A stretch of 63,996 bases of DNA, the filler included, from Hyphochytrium catenoides (taxonomy: Eukaryota > Protista > Hyphochytriomycota): assembly GCA_900088475.1 (NCBI GenBank). It is 9 parts of 9 records of this genome, joined end to end, with 100 filler letters (N's around TTAATTAATTAA, not from the genome) between each part and the next. Parts side by side here need not be neighbours in the genome. Positions count along the whole stretch, not along the records: positions 54,556 to 57,418 come from FLMG01001383.1; positions 57,519 to 58,825 come from FLMG01003557.1; positions 58,926 to 59,936 come from FLMG01003361.1; positions 60,037 to 61,562 come from FLMG01000231.1; positions 61,663 to 62,892 come from FLMG01002204.1; positions 62,993 to 63,996 come from FLMG01001023.1; 3 more parts are not named here. The stretch is one strand, 5' to 3'. This document shows positions 54,456-63,996 of this stretch, in pieces (positions within the stretch are counted from its first letter, which is position 1; every line of letters begins with the position of its first letter). Position numbers and translations under genes: made by a program. Below the pieces are notes generated by a model, which was not told the origin of the DNA, did no database searches, and worked only from the letters and a program-made list of their open reading frames with translations.

Positions 54456-55004
54456 NNNNNNNNNNNNNNNNNNNNNNNNNNNNNNNNNNNNNNNNNNNNT
54501 TAATTAATTAANNNNNNNNNNNNNNNNNNNNNNNNNNNNNNNNNNNNNNNNNNNNGAGAGAGAGAGAGAGAGACAGACGGGAACAGCCAGGAACTAGAGT
54601 CAGAAAGCAGGACGAGGGATATAAAGAACCGTCTGCGCGGCAGAGACGAACGCTATGACCTCTCTTCTCCTCCTCTACTATCTCGTCCACGTCGCTTCTC
54701 TCTCTCTTTCTGTCTTTATGACTCAGCTCTGTCGGGCTGCACCTCTCCCGAATGTATTCTACTTACACTCCATTTGGTTCTCCCTTCTCGGCCTGATCCT
54801 CACAGCGGCAACTCCCTTAGTTCCCAAGCTCCTCCTGCCTTGCCACCGATTGCGCTCCACATCAGGCTACCTCTGTCCCAACGATCAGGGCTTCTCCATA
54901 GCTACTCCCCCAGTTTGGTTGGTCCTTCCAGTCTCCCTCTCCCTACCTCTCACCCTCATTGGCGGGCTAAGTGGCTCACCAGTATCAGTCGCTGTGCGTG
55001 CATC

Positions 55005-55979
55005 ATGTCACAGATCGCTCCTGTGGTACCTAGAATGGAGCCTTTGCCTCTTCCAATCACTGAAACACCCGTCAGCCCATCAGCAGGGACACTAGTGAAG
55101 CGGATCAGTGTGGCCGCGCAAGATGTCGCGGAGAAGTCCACGACCTTCAGTCTGTCATCGGATATCTATCAAAATATATGGATGGGTGCCGTCTCAGGCA
55201 TGGTGGGCCTCTCAGCTGTGTACCCAATGGACATCACAAAGACAAAGGTCCAGAACTATCGCGGACCTCCACCGGCACCGTCTGTCCCTGCGGTTATAAG
55301 AGGGATTTTACAGGCTGAGGGCTTCCGCGGTCTTTACAAGGGACTGCCGCCACAGCTCGCTGGGGCTGGACCGGAGAAGGCGGTGACCTTGGCCTCGAGA
55401 GACTTCTTTAGGCACGTTCTAGGCAATGAGCAGTCCCAGGCAACGTATATTCTCTCTGGCATGGGAGCAGGCTCTGTGCAGTCCATGGTGGTCAACCCTA
55501 TTGAGGCCATTAAGGTCCGTATACAGCTGACAGAGGGCAAGGGAGACATCCTGCGGACCATAAGAGAGATCGGCATACGAAGACTCTACACAGGTTACTC
55601 GGCTTGTTATCCCCGTGACGTCGCCTTTGCCGGCCTCTACTTCACACTCTATGAGAATGCCAAACTGGCTTTCAAGGTGAGGCCAGAGGATGCTTCCGCC
55701 AAGGGAATAGCGCTGAAGATGGCTGCGGGCGTGGTCTCTGGGATTCCTGCAGCGTTCCTCACTACTCCTCTAGACGTCATCAAGACGCGACTGCAAGCTC
55801 CCAACAGAGGACCAGGGGAAGGACTAGTATGGACCGCTAGAGCTCTCTACAGAATGGAAGGCATTAGAGGCTTATTCCGAGGCTGGGTGCCGCGGGTAGG
55901 CCGCATTGCACCTCAATATGCGATCGTGCTTATGGTCTATGAATGGCTACATCAGATGGTACAGGGAGATAGGCATTAG
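55005..55979 (+). CDS. Mitochondrial carrier (SLC25), aspartate/glutamate-carrier-like, no EF-hand domain, intronless
   Basis: Three Px[DE]xxKxx signatures (PMDITKTK, PIEAIKVR, PLDVIKTR); GLPPQLAGAGPEKA, RDVAFAGLYF and RVGRIAPQY resemble citrin/AGC1. First ATG in the ORF is at 55005. Confidence 0.92.
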   Translation: MSQIAPVVPRMEPLPLPITETPVSPSAGTLVKRISVAAQDVAEKSTTFSLSSDIYQNIWMGAVSGMVGLSAVYPMDITKTKVQNYRGPPPAPSVPAVIRGILQAEGFRGLYKGLPPQLAGAGPEKAVTLASRDFFRHVLGNEQSQATYILSGMGAGSVQSMVVNPIEAIKVRIQLTEGKGDILRTIREIGIRRLYTGYSACYPRDVAFAGLYFTLYENAKLAFKVRPEDASAKGIALKMAAGVVSGIPAAFLTTPLDVIKTRLQAPNRGPGEGLVWTARALYRMEGIRGLFRGWVPRVGRIAPQYAIVLMVYEWLHQMVQGDRH

Positions 55980-56803
55980 GGGTGCTCCCTCAGGGCTGTA
56001 GAGGAAGCATCAGGAGGAGGAGAATAGAAGGCGTAAGATTATTTAATGCTCATTCCGCATGGTTGAGTCCAAATATTGTCTATGCATGTGAGCTCTTTCT
56101 GCTCTCAAGACCTCGGTAGAGCCTCTGCTTCCACGCATAGGCGCTGACTCGTGTCGCAGACGCATGGCATTTCTGCTCCCTGCAAGAGTTGTCCATGAAC
56201 TCCACTGATTGTTTCAACTCAGAAGCAATAATGGCAGCAGAAGCTTACCTCTTACCGAATAAAAGAAGCAAGAATTGAAAGGAGCAATGCTCGTAAACCA
56301 TCATGTCCATCTCTACTCATCGTCAAACCCAGTGACAGAGACTCTATAGACCCATAGCTCCCGTCGGATGTCCTGATCTCTGTGACGACAGCGCCGCCTC
56401 ATCGCCGAAGAAGATTAGAAGACAGTGACACAGAAAGAAAAACGCCAGCCTGCTTCTTTTCTCATCCGTTCTGACCATCATGTCGCCCTAATCACGGATA
56501 AACAGATAGGATATGGGTATTATTATGGAATACTATGCACTGTTGTTCAGGATGCCGCGGAGGTAAGGGGAGGTTGTGAAAAATCTTCCTCTTTCGGAAG
56601 AGTTTCTCATCTGATGAAGCTTTTTGGTGAAGCTTCTTGATGATGGAACGAAGTAAAGGAGAGAAAGATGCTCTGCACCTTCGAATCCACTGTGCTGTGG
56701 GAGAGATACGCAGGAGAGAGCCAGTGTTGCAGAGGGGTGAAGTGTCTACGGGTGAGCTCCTTTGGGACATAGATTGAACGGGCTTATCCGGTGCCAAGGA
56801 TCC

Positions 56804-57418
56804 ATGGATGGATGGGAAGTAGGTGTTGATACTTCTGGAAAGGAGTATTATTATAACGCTCAGACAGGCGAGTCACAATGGGAGAAGCCTGCGGCACTCC
56901 GACGCGCGGAAAGAGAGGAGGAGATCCGGGCGAAGCAAGAAGCCTTTCGACGGAACAGGTTCTGTCAATGTTGCTCGGTCAAGAGGTAATACAAATGCCC
57001 TGACCACACATGATTCTCATTGTAGAGATGCTCAGCTAGAGAGAGAAAGGGCCACCCGAGAGCGAAATCTTGAAAGGGCAGAGAAAGGCATTGAAGCTGC
57101 GCGGCAGCGCATGGCAGCCTATAATGCAGTCCGACATGTACGCCAAGCACTTTGACATGCCCTTTGGGTCAAAAATCATCTCACGCCTTTTAGGGAGGGC
57201 CACTTCCAGCATCGGATACCACGGAAGAAGTTGAGACCCTTGTAAAGAAAGCGCAGAAGTCCCTTGAGCTACAGGTGCGGTACATAGGGTGTGGGGCATT
57301 CGTTATCAACCACCAACTCGCCAAAGTGACGCCAATCGCATTGTAGGCAGCTGCAGTTAAGAGGCGAGAGGCGGACCTGCAGAAAGCAGAAGAAGCCTTG
57401 CGTCTGAAGAGGGAGAAA
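56804..57418 (+). CDS. WW-domain + coiled-coil protein, truncated by a contig break
   Basis: DGWEVGVDTSGKEYYYNAQTGESQWEKP followed by E/R-rich helical exons. Confidence 0.7.
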
Positions 57419-57518
57419 NNNNNNNNNNNNNNNNNNNNNNNNNNNNNNNNNNNNNNNNNNNNTTAATTAATTAANNNNNNNNNNNNNNNNNNNNNNNNNN
57501 NNNNNNNNNNNNNNNNNN

Positions 57519-57999
57519 ACCCCATAACGGGCAGACAGATCGCGCTCGATCAACTGTTCGACAAGCAAGACGAGTTAGAACCGGGAGACGGAGAGAAGGA
57601 GAGAGAACCAGAGAGAGAGAGAGACACACACAGAGCGATAGAGAGAAGAGAGAGACAGACAGAGAGAGAGTAGATAGAGAGAGGGAACAGAGAGACATAC
57701 CCCTTTGATAAGATCTATGGCCTCTGGTGCCAGATAGTCAGGGACATGGAGCTCTCCTTGCTTCACATTGTGAAGGATCACCTGCGGGTTGATGTCCGCG
57801 AACGGAGTCTAGAGACGGAGAAGACCAATGGAGGAGGGTCAGGCAAGAAGAAGAGAAAAGATTAGAGTCAAGCCTTCACGCACACTCAACATCAGCCATA
57901 GGAGAATGGAAGAGGGACATAGAGAAAGTGCTTCCCTCTGTGTGTAGTCTAAGAAAGTGAGCAAGAAAGTGTATGTGTGAGCGAGCGAGCGAGCGAGCG

Positions 58000-58041
<42 letters not shown>

Positions 58042-58825
58042 GGACGGAAAGAAAGATAGCCAAGTGACACAGGGGGAGAGAGAGCTTTCAAGTGCTTTGG
58101 CTGTGTCTCTTACCCTGCCCACCAGCATCTCGAACATCATAATGCCCAGAGACCACCAATCACAAGCTTGGTTCACGCCTCCAAGATCCTTTGTTTGTGC
58201 TAAATAAAGAAAAACGAGCCGATCAGTGCGCGTGAGGCGAGCAATAGGAGGGAGAGAGAGAGAGACACGCCAAGAGTACGACAGGAGATGAAAGAGGAAA
58301 ATTCCTAAGAAGATGGGCTAACAGAGTGGGAAGACTTGAAGAGAACTTACCTGCAGCTATGAGCTCCGGTGACGAATACTGTCAGAGGAAGGAGAGAGAG
58401 AGAAAGAGGCATTAACAACGACTTAGTCCCCCTCTCTCTTTCCTCTTCTCTTCTATGTGCTTCTCAGAGCCGCGCCCTTCGAAAGTCGTCCTCCCTTATG
58501 TGGCACTTACCGGGGAGAATGCCGCTGCGAGAGCCTTCTCTTCTGGAGACGTGGCATCAGAATTTACTCTATAGTCTGCCAGGCGGATGTGTCCTATCGT
58601 CCGCAGAGCAGAGTAAGCGCTCATGTATGGGCTTCTTCCTGGCTGTCTTCCCCTCCTTAAATTCGCTCTCTCTGTCACGCTCAACTCTCTGTCTCTCTCT
58701 CTCTCTCTCTCTCTGTGTCTCTCTCTCCTCTCTTCCTTCTCGTGCTGAGCTATCTTCTGGCCCACTTTGAGCCTTAGAAGCACTTCCTTACCATCTCTGT
58801 CCAATAAGACGTTCTCTGGTCGAAG
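57519..58825 (-). CDS. AGC-like Ser/Thr kinase fragment (subdomains VIb-XI), divergent
   Basis: Exons join as LRPENVLLDRDGHIRLADYRVN...AFSPYSSPELIAAAQ...[23 protein letters not shown]...APEAIDLIKGLIERDLSARYG. Confidence 0.85.
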
Positions 58826-60907
58826 NNNNNNNNNNNNNNNNNNNNNNNNNNNNNNNNNNNNNNNNNNNNTTAATTAATTAANNNNNNNNNNNNNNNNNNN
58901 NNNNNNNNNNNNNNNNNNNNNNNNNCTAAGTGAGCCAGGTCCTTTGAACTGGTATTCCTAGAGGTGAACATTTTTTTGTCTCACTGACGAAAGAGTAGAA
59001 CAACTAGTTCTACCGGTATCGTGGTAATGATCTGTCTCCAAAGGCTGATGCAGCCGGGGTGTGACATCATACGACCTTCTCCCTGTCACTCTACTTCTAC
59101 TACCCTTATTCCTCTTCCTACAACCACTACTATGGTCCTATAGGCCTCGAGGAAATCTAGCGCCTGCCCTCTGATAAAGACGGTGAAGTAGAACTAGTGT
59201 AGTATCAAACAGTCAACATTTTCTGATTCTGTGAACCTGGGAGAAGTATCTTCTATTAGGTCGGACTTCTTCTTCCGTGTAGGCGCCTCACACGTGAAGC
59301 CAGTAGCCATCATTCTGTTATATCAATATGTCAAGGACCGTCACACTTCTCTTCCAGGTCTAGGGCATCCAGCGAGGCTCCAACTACTGCCGTTTAGTCG
59401 CCAGACCAGCCACAACCATAGACAGTAGTAGTAGAGTGTTGCTCGTTGCATCTATACAGTCGAGCTAATGTTCTTTCTAGTCGTTCTTGCTGCGTCCCGA
59501 TGAGCTTCCCAATGGAAGTGTGGTGGTCACATTCTCTCTTCAGTTGTGGCGGCGACCGGCTTCAGGGTTGATGTGAGATTCATCAGATCTCGTTCCAGCC
59601 TGCACTTTTTCTCCGTCTACACATTATTACTATCACTTCTTATATGACTGGATATACAAGCCTAAAAAATCAGTTGTTCTCCCCAAACTCCCTTGTTCTC
59701 TTTAGGTGGTCAATTACCTCTTTAGAAGCTACTAACAAAGAAGAAGGCTTGTCCTCTCCAGCCAAAGTTGTTACCGTCCATGCTCGTCGTGCCATGAGTG
59801 TACTTGAATTATCTGTAACAATGAACTAGGTACTAATACTCAGAAGAAGGACACAACAAACAAGAACGAGAAGAAGAGACAAGGGCTAGTCTTGGTCTCT
59901 TCAACAACTCGCTCTCCTCCTGCTCCACCATCGTCANNNNNNNNNNNNNNNNNNNNNNNNNNNNNNNNNNNNNNNNNNNNTTAATTAATTAANNNNNNNN
60001 NNNNNNNNNNNNNNNNNNNNNNNNNNNNNNNNNNNNAAGGAGACTGAGGAATGCTAGAACCTAGCACTAAGAACCTGTACATAGGAGAGAAGACAGAAAG
60101 AGTGCTGTATCGGAAGCCGCTGCAAAGAGTATGATGAAGAAAACGAGAGTGATGAGGTTATAGGCAAATATTGAAGTTAGGTACGCTTGGGAATTTAGCT
60201 GGGGAAGGGTAGAAAAGTAGGCTAGAATATAGAAGAAGGCTGCGACTGAAATTGGGTTACAGAATCACAGTGAGAGAACAGGTACATAGATTGAAGGTTC
60301 GTTCTTAGAGAGTATAAGAAGAAGATAGATGGAGAGATTGTCTAGAAAAACAAAGGACAGAGTGAGAGCATGAGAGAGACGGAAAGAAGAGAGGCAATGC
60401 ATGGAGCAAGAAGTAAATAATGAATATCAATGAAAAAGGGAGACGCTACGTCATGTATATATGGTACGTATATGGAGAGAGNNNNNNGAGAGAGAGAGAG
60501 AGAGAGAGAGAGAAAGAAAGAAAGAGAGGGCAGGGTGGAAAAGTGAAGAAAAGTGATGGAGGGGAGAGGAGAGAGAGAGAGAGAGAGAGAGAGCAGAGAT
60601 GAGCAAGGGAAGAAGATTGATGGAAGGAGAGGTTGGATAAGGTGGGAGTGAAGGAAAGAGATGGCAAGTGGAAGTTGGTGAATCATCTAAGGGTGACTAG
60701 GACTCACGGAAAGACGGAAGAGATAGAGTATGCCAAGTATAGGACAGAAAGCTTGCTGGGAACGAAGAGGAGGAGTCAAAGAGCTATCTCGCCATTGGCA
60801 AGAGGGAACACAATAAGAAGGGTTATGAGAACAGGAGAGGGCAAGATGAGGAGACACGCGGATGGGAAACTCAACCAGTCTTTCATAGAGATCTACGTGC
60901 TTACGTG

Positions 60908-61528
60908 AGTACCAGCTAGGTGCCAGTAGTGGTGCCTGCCATATGCCAGCTTAGGTGTCATCCGAGGAGCCAGCCTCGCTCTAACCCCTAGGTACCAGTT
61001 AGCAGAATCCTGCATTCCAGCCTCAGGAGCCGCCTACATATATTTACCAGCTCTGTCAACAAGCACGTACTGATGCAAGTCACAGGTCGCAGTAATCTAG
61101 CTTCTAGCCTATCAGAGGCGTCAGATGATGCCTCAACCTAGTAGGCACCAGCTCAGTATCAGCCCTGATACCAGCTTGGGAATTGCCTTTTAGGCAGACC
61201 TTAGGCGCGGCCTAGATACCAACTCTGGGGTGCCAGTCTTGGTGCGAGGAACCATAGTACGTGCCACCCTAGCTCCCAGAATAGGGGCCAGAGCCAGCCT
61301 AGGTAACAACCTAGATAGGTATCAGTCCAGCGTCAACCTCAAGTGCCAGTCTAATTGCCCATGTTTGTGCCATTCTTTGTCCCAGCGGCTTCATGCCAGC
61401 CTTATGCGCCGGTTGTAGGTGGCAGCGTAGGTGCTCGGATGGGTGCCAACAACCTAGTACTACTTTTACAGATGAATTCTATGCATGAGTAGCATTGAAA
61501 TCAGTCTATAACCAGCCTTAGGTGTCAC
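60908..61528. repeat. Highly degenerate ~12-bp minisatellite, consensus about AGGTGCCAGCCT
   Basis: Many variants in a row: aggtgccagt, atgccagctt, aggagccagcct, aggtaccagtt, aggcaccagct, gataccagctt, ggtgccagtct, aagtgccagtct, atgccagcctt. Confidence 0.6.
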
Positions 61529-61664
61529 ACATATACATTACTTTAGATCACTAAACCCGACGNNNNNNNNNNNNNNNNNNNNNNNNNNNNNNNNNNNNNN
61601 NNNNNNTTAATTAATTAANNNNNNNNNNNNNNNNNNNNNNNNNNNNNNNNNNNNNNNNNNNNTC

Positions 61665-62520
61665 GAGCAGAACGCTCATCACAGACCGTCTTTCTGGAAA
61701 TCACGCTCCAAAAGGAATCTGTCAAAAGCTTTGAAGAAGATTATTGATTCATCTTCATCAGAGAAGAAGACTTCTTTTCGTGAAGCAGTCAAGGCACTAC
61801 TGAGAAGAACTGAAGAACACAACCAGCTCATCACTAAGGCAACATTTCAACAACAACCAACTAAACAATCTCTTTCCGAAGAGGAAGCACGGACAGGAGT
61901 CAACCAACATTAAGGTCCCAAGGATCCAAGTGAAGGACAGTTTATCATTACGCAGGCCTCGAATCAAGGAAAGCTTGACGCTGATAACAAAATTCTCCAC
62001 GCGCTGAAGCAATCAGAAAATGTGCAATTTTCTGGACATCTCGACGCGTTTATTAAAGACGCTAAGGAAACAACATCTCGCCAACCTCACTGTTCATCGT
62101 ACGTTGAGAAATGTGTGCAATAGAAACCCAAGAACCAAGTAATCTCTTTCTAGCGGGTCTACAGCATGCGGGGAGATGTTGAATGTTCAGCTTCGACCCT
62201 TCAAAATAGGGAGTTTGAGCTGCGGGGAGGTGTTGGAGTCTGAGGGCACAGCTATGTGGCCTACAAGCTGGCAAGCTTAACTACCCAAGTTTCAGCTCTA
62301 AACTCCCAGTAGAAGCCGAGATTTGAAGCAAACGAAATGTCCCTGTTTATATCTATGGCTTATGGTCAGTACCCCGGAATACCTTCTGGACTGACTGTTC
62401 TAGACAGGGATTTCTCTATGACTGAATATCTTAGGGTGTATTAGGAATAGTTGGCATAGTCAGAATAGCTCTAGCTTATGGGACCCAGTTGGGCTTATAA
62501 GTAGAGCACTCTCATCTAAT
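61665..62520 (+). pseudogene. Decayed intronless ORF with in-frame TAA/TAG/TGA and a frameshift
   Basis: Frame is open from 61665 to 62120 except for one TAA at 61911; a second frame continues with phase-locked TAGs to about 62504. No family recognised. Confidence 0.4.
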
Positions 62521-63130
62521 GACATTGTCCAATCATCCCATACAAATCCAACAGAAAAAGCCCAAACAGTGATTAGTGAAAGTCCAAATAGTGAAATTTT
62601 GATCACAAAAACACTCACAGAGACACACAAAACACGAACAAGTCCATTTGTGCTGAAGCCCCTGTGGTTCGAAATTGAGGCTCGCCCTTCGGACTCGCAA
62701 TTAATCCTCCAAGGACCTGAAAAATGAATGCTAATTCTAAAGACAAAATTCACCACAAGGTAAATGCTTAATAATTATTACCGGCATGTTGGCCGACTTG
62801 ATCTTGGTCTCAGTCGGGATCGAAATGTTCCAGTGGTTGGTTCAGAGGCCTCAGAACAAGTTTCCGAGTCCTGGGGGACGCGTGGGCCCATANNNNNNNN
62901 NNNNNNNNNNNNNNNNNNNNNNNNNNNNNNNNNNNNTTAATTAATTAANNNNNNNNNNNNNNNNNNNNNNNNNNNNNNNNNNNNNNNNNNNNTCTCTTCC
63001 ACCCCTCTCTTTTGGTATTTATTTCTCTCTCTCTCTGTGTGGTCTTTATCTCTTTCAGTCTCTCTCGTCTCTCTCTCTCCCCTCTTTCCATTATCTCTCT
63101 CTCTCTCTCTGTCTCCTCCCCTCTCTCACC

Positions 63131-63880
63131 TGTTTCAACATTTTGATCCAGACAGACCCGACAGTTTGGGCTTTTGTCTTCTTGCAAGCCGTCTCAAAAA
63201 CAGCCAGCGTTCGGAGAGAGGAGGGTAGCCAGCTGCGAAGACTAGAGGGCGAAAGAGAGAGGGAAAGAGAGAGAGAGAGAAGAACAGTAGAAGGTTAGGA
63301 CATGGCAAGAGAGAGAAAGAAGAAAGGAGAGGTAAAGGAGAAAAAAAAAAGAAGGAAAGGTAAAATATAGGGCAAATGTCAAAAGAGATAGACCGTAGAC
63401 CCTGCTTGCTCTCTGTCCTCTCTCTTTTCATGTTTTCTTCCCTTCCCTCCTTCTTTCCTCTGGTCTCTCTCTCACTACTTTTCTCTCTCTTTCTCTCTCT
63501 CTCACTTCTGTTCCCTACCGTGCCATCCTAAGGTTCTGATCTGTCTCTTCCTTGATCTCTCCCAGAGCTGCGCAGAGGCGCTGATGGATTTTGGAGAGGT
63601 AGCGAATGGTGTCGTCCACGGTCTCCGTCTGCTTCACTAGGAAAGCGCTCTCAATCTGCCGTAGAGAGATATTAAGAGAGAGGAGAAAAGGACTCCTCTT
63701 TCTCTCTCTCTCTCTCGCTCTCGCTCTCGTTCGTTTGGCTCTCTCTCTCTCTCTCTCTTTCAGGATTCTCGCTGTGTCTGTTATTACCCCCTTGCTACCC
63801 ATTAGGACGTATAACGCTTCGTTGTTTGGCTCTCTCTTGTGGTGTTTCGTTCCTTCTCTCTCTCTGCCCTCGCCTGCCAA
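63131..63880 (-). CDS. Fragment of a spliced hypothetical protein
   Basis: IESAFLVKQTETVDDTIRYLSKIHQRLCAALGEIKEETDQNLRMAR splices in frame to WLPSSLRTLAVFETACKKTKAQTVGSVWIKMLKQ at canonical GT/AG sites. Confidence 0.5.
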
Positions 63881-63924
63881 ACTAATTTACCTCTCCTGTC
63901 TCTCTCTCTTTTTGCTCTCTTTGT

Positions 63925-63996
<72 letters not shown>

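Noticed and set aside
54774-55004. N-terminal 77 aa of the 401-aa carrier ORF
   Set aside because: It starts at a TTG in CT-rich sequence; the first ATG is at 55005.
58926-59936. Coding potential of this small contig
   Set aside because: Only short ORFs with no recognisable motif; probably intergenic or decayed repeat.
62439-62504. Genome-wide TAG/TAA = Gln reassignment (ciliate-type code)
   Set aside because: ACBP, SLC25, WDR91 and SWR1 end at TAG and the ACSBG homolog at TAA at plausible C-termini, and conserved exons contain no in-frame TAR. A foreign contig with another code cannot be fully excluded.

Overview
Intron-rich eukaryotic (protist or algal, possibly stramenopile by inference) genomic DNA. 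It is not one continuous locus: eight 100-nt artificial spacers (44 N + TTAATTAATTAA + 44 N) join nine contigs, so adjacency only counts within a contig. Exons were joined by eye at GT-AG sites. Genes recovered: an ABC1/ADCK kinase; a SWIRM + amine-oxidase LSD1/KDM1-type demethylase; a SWR1/PIE1-type remodeler spliced in frame to WW, F-box and beta-helix domains; a ferroportin-like transporter; a CELF-type RRM protein; the 5' part of a PDR/ABCG transporter; WDR91; an ELM2-SANT-PHD protein; ACBP; a bubblegum-type acyl-CoA synthetase homolog; an aspartate/glutamate-carrier-like SLC25; a WW/coiled-coil protein; a divergent AGC kinase fragment; and several hypothetical proteins. Best candidate for an undescribed system: the acyl-CoA synthetase homolog has lost every adenylation motif I could align, carries two FFAT-like (VAP-binding) motifs in an N-terminal extension, and sits tail-to-tail with an intact ACBP gene. 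Other highlights are the SWR1-WW-F-box fusion with four acidic repeats, phase-locked TAG/TAA codons in decayed ORFs (possible CAG/CAA-directed C-to-T hypermutation), and introns with 5' (GA)n and 3' (CT)n tracts. No rRNA, tRNA, CRISPR or intact transposon was recognised. No searches were run; family motifs are quoted from memory.
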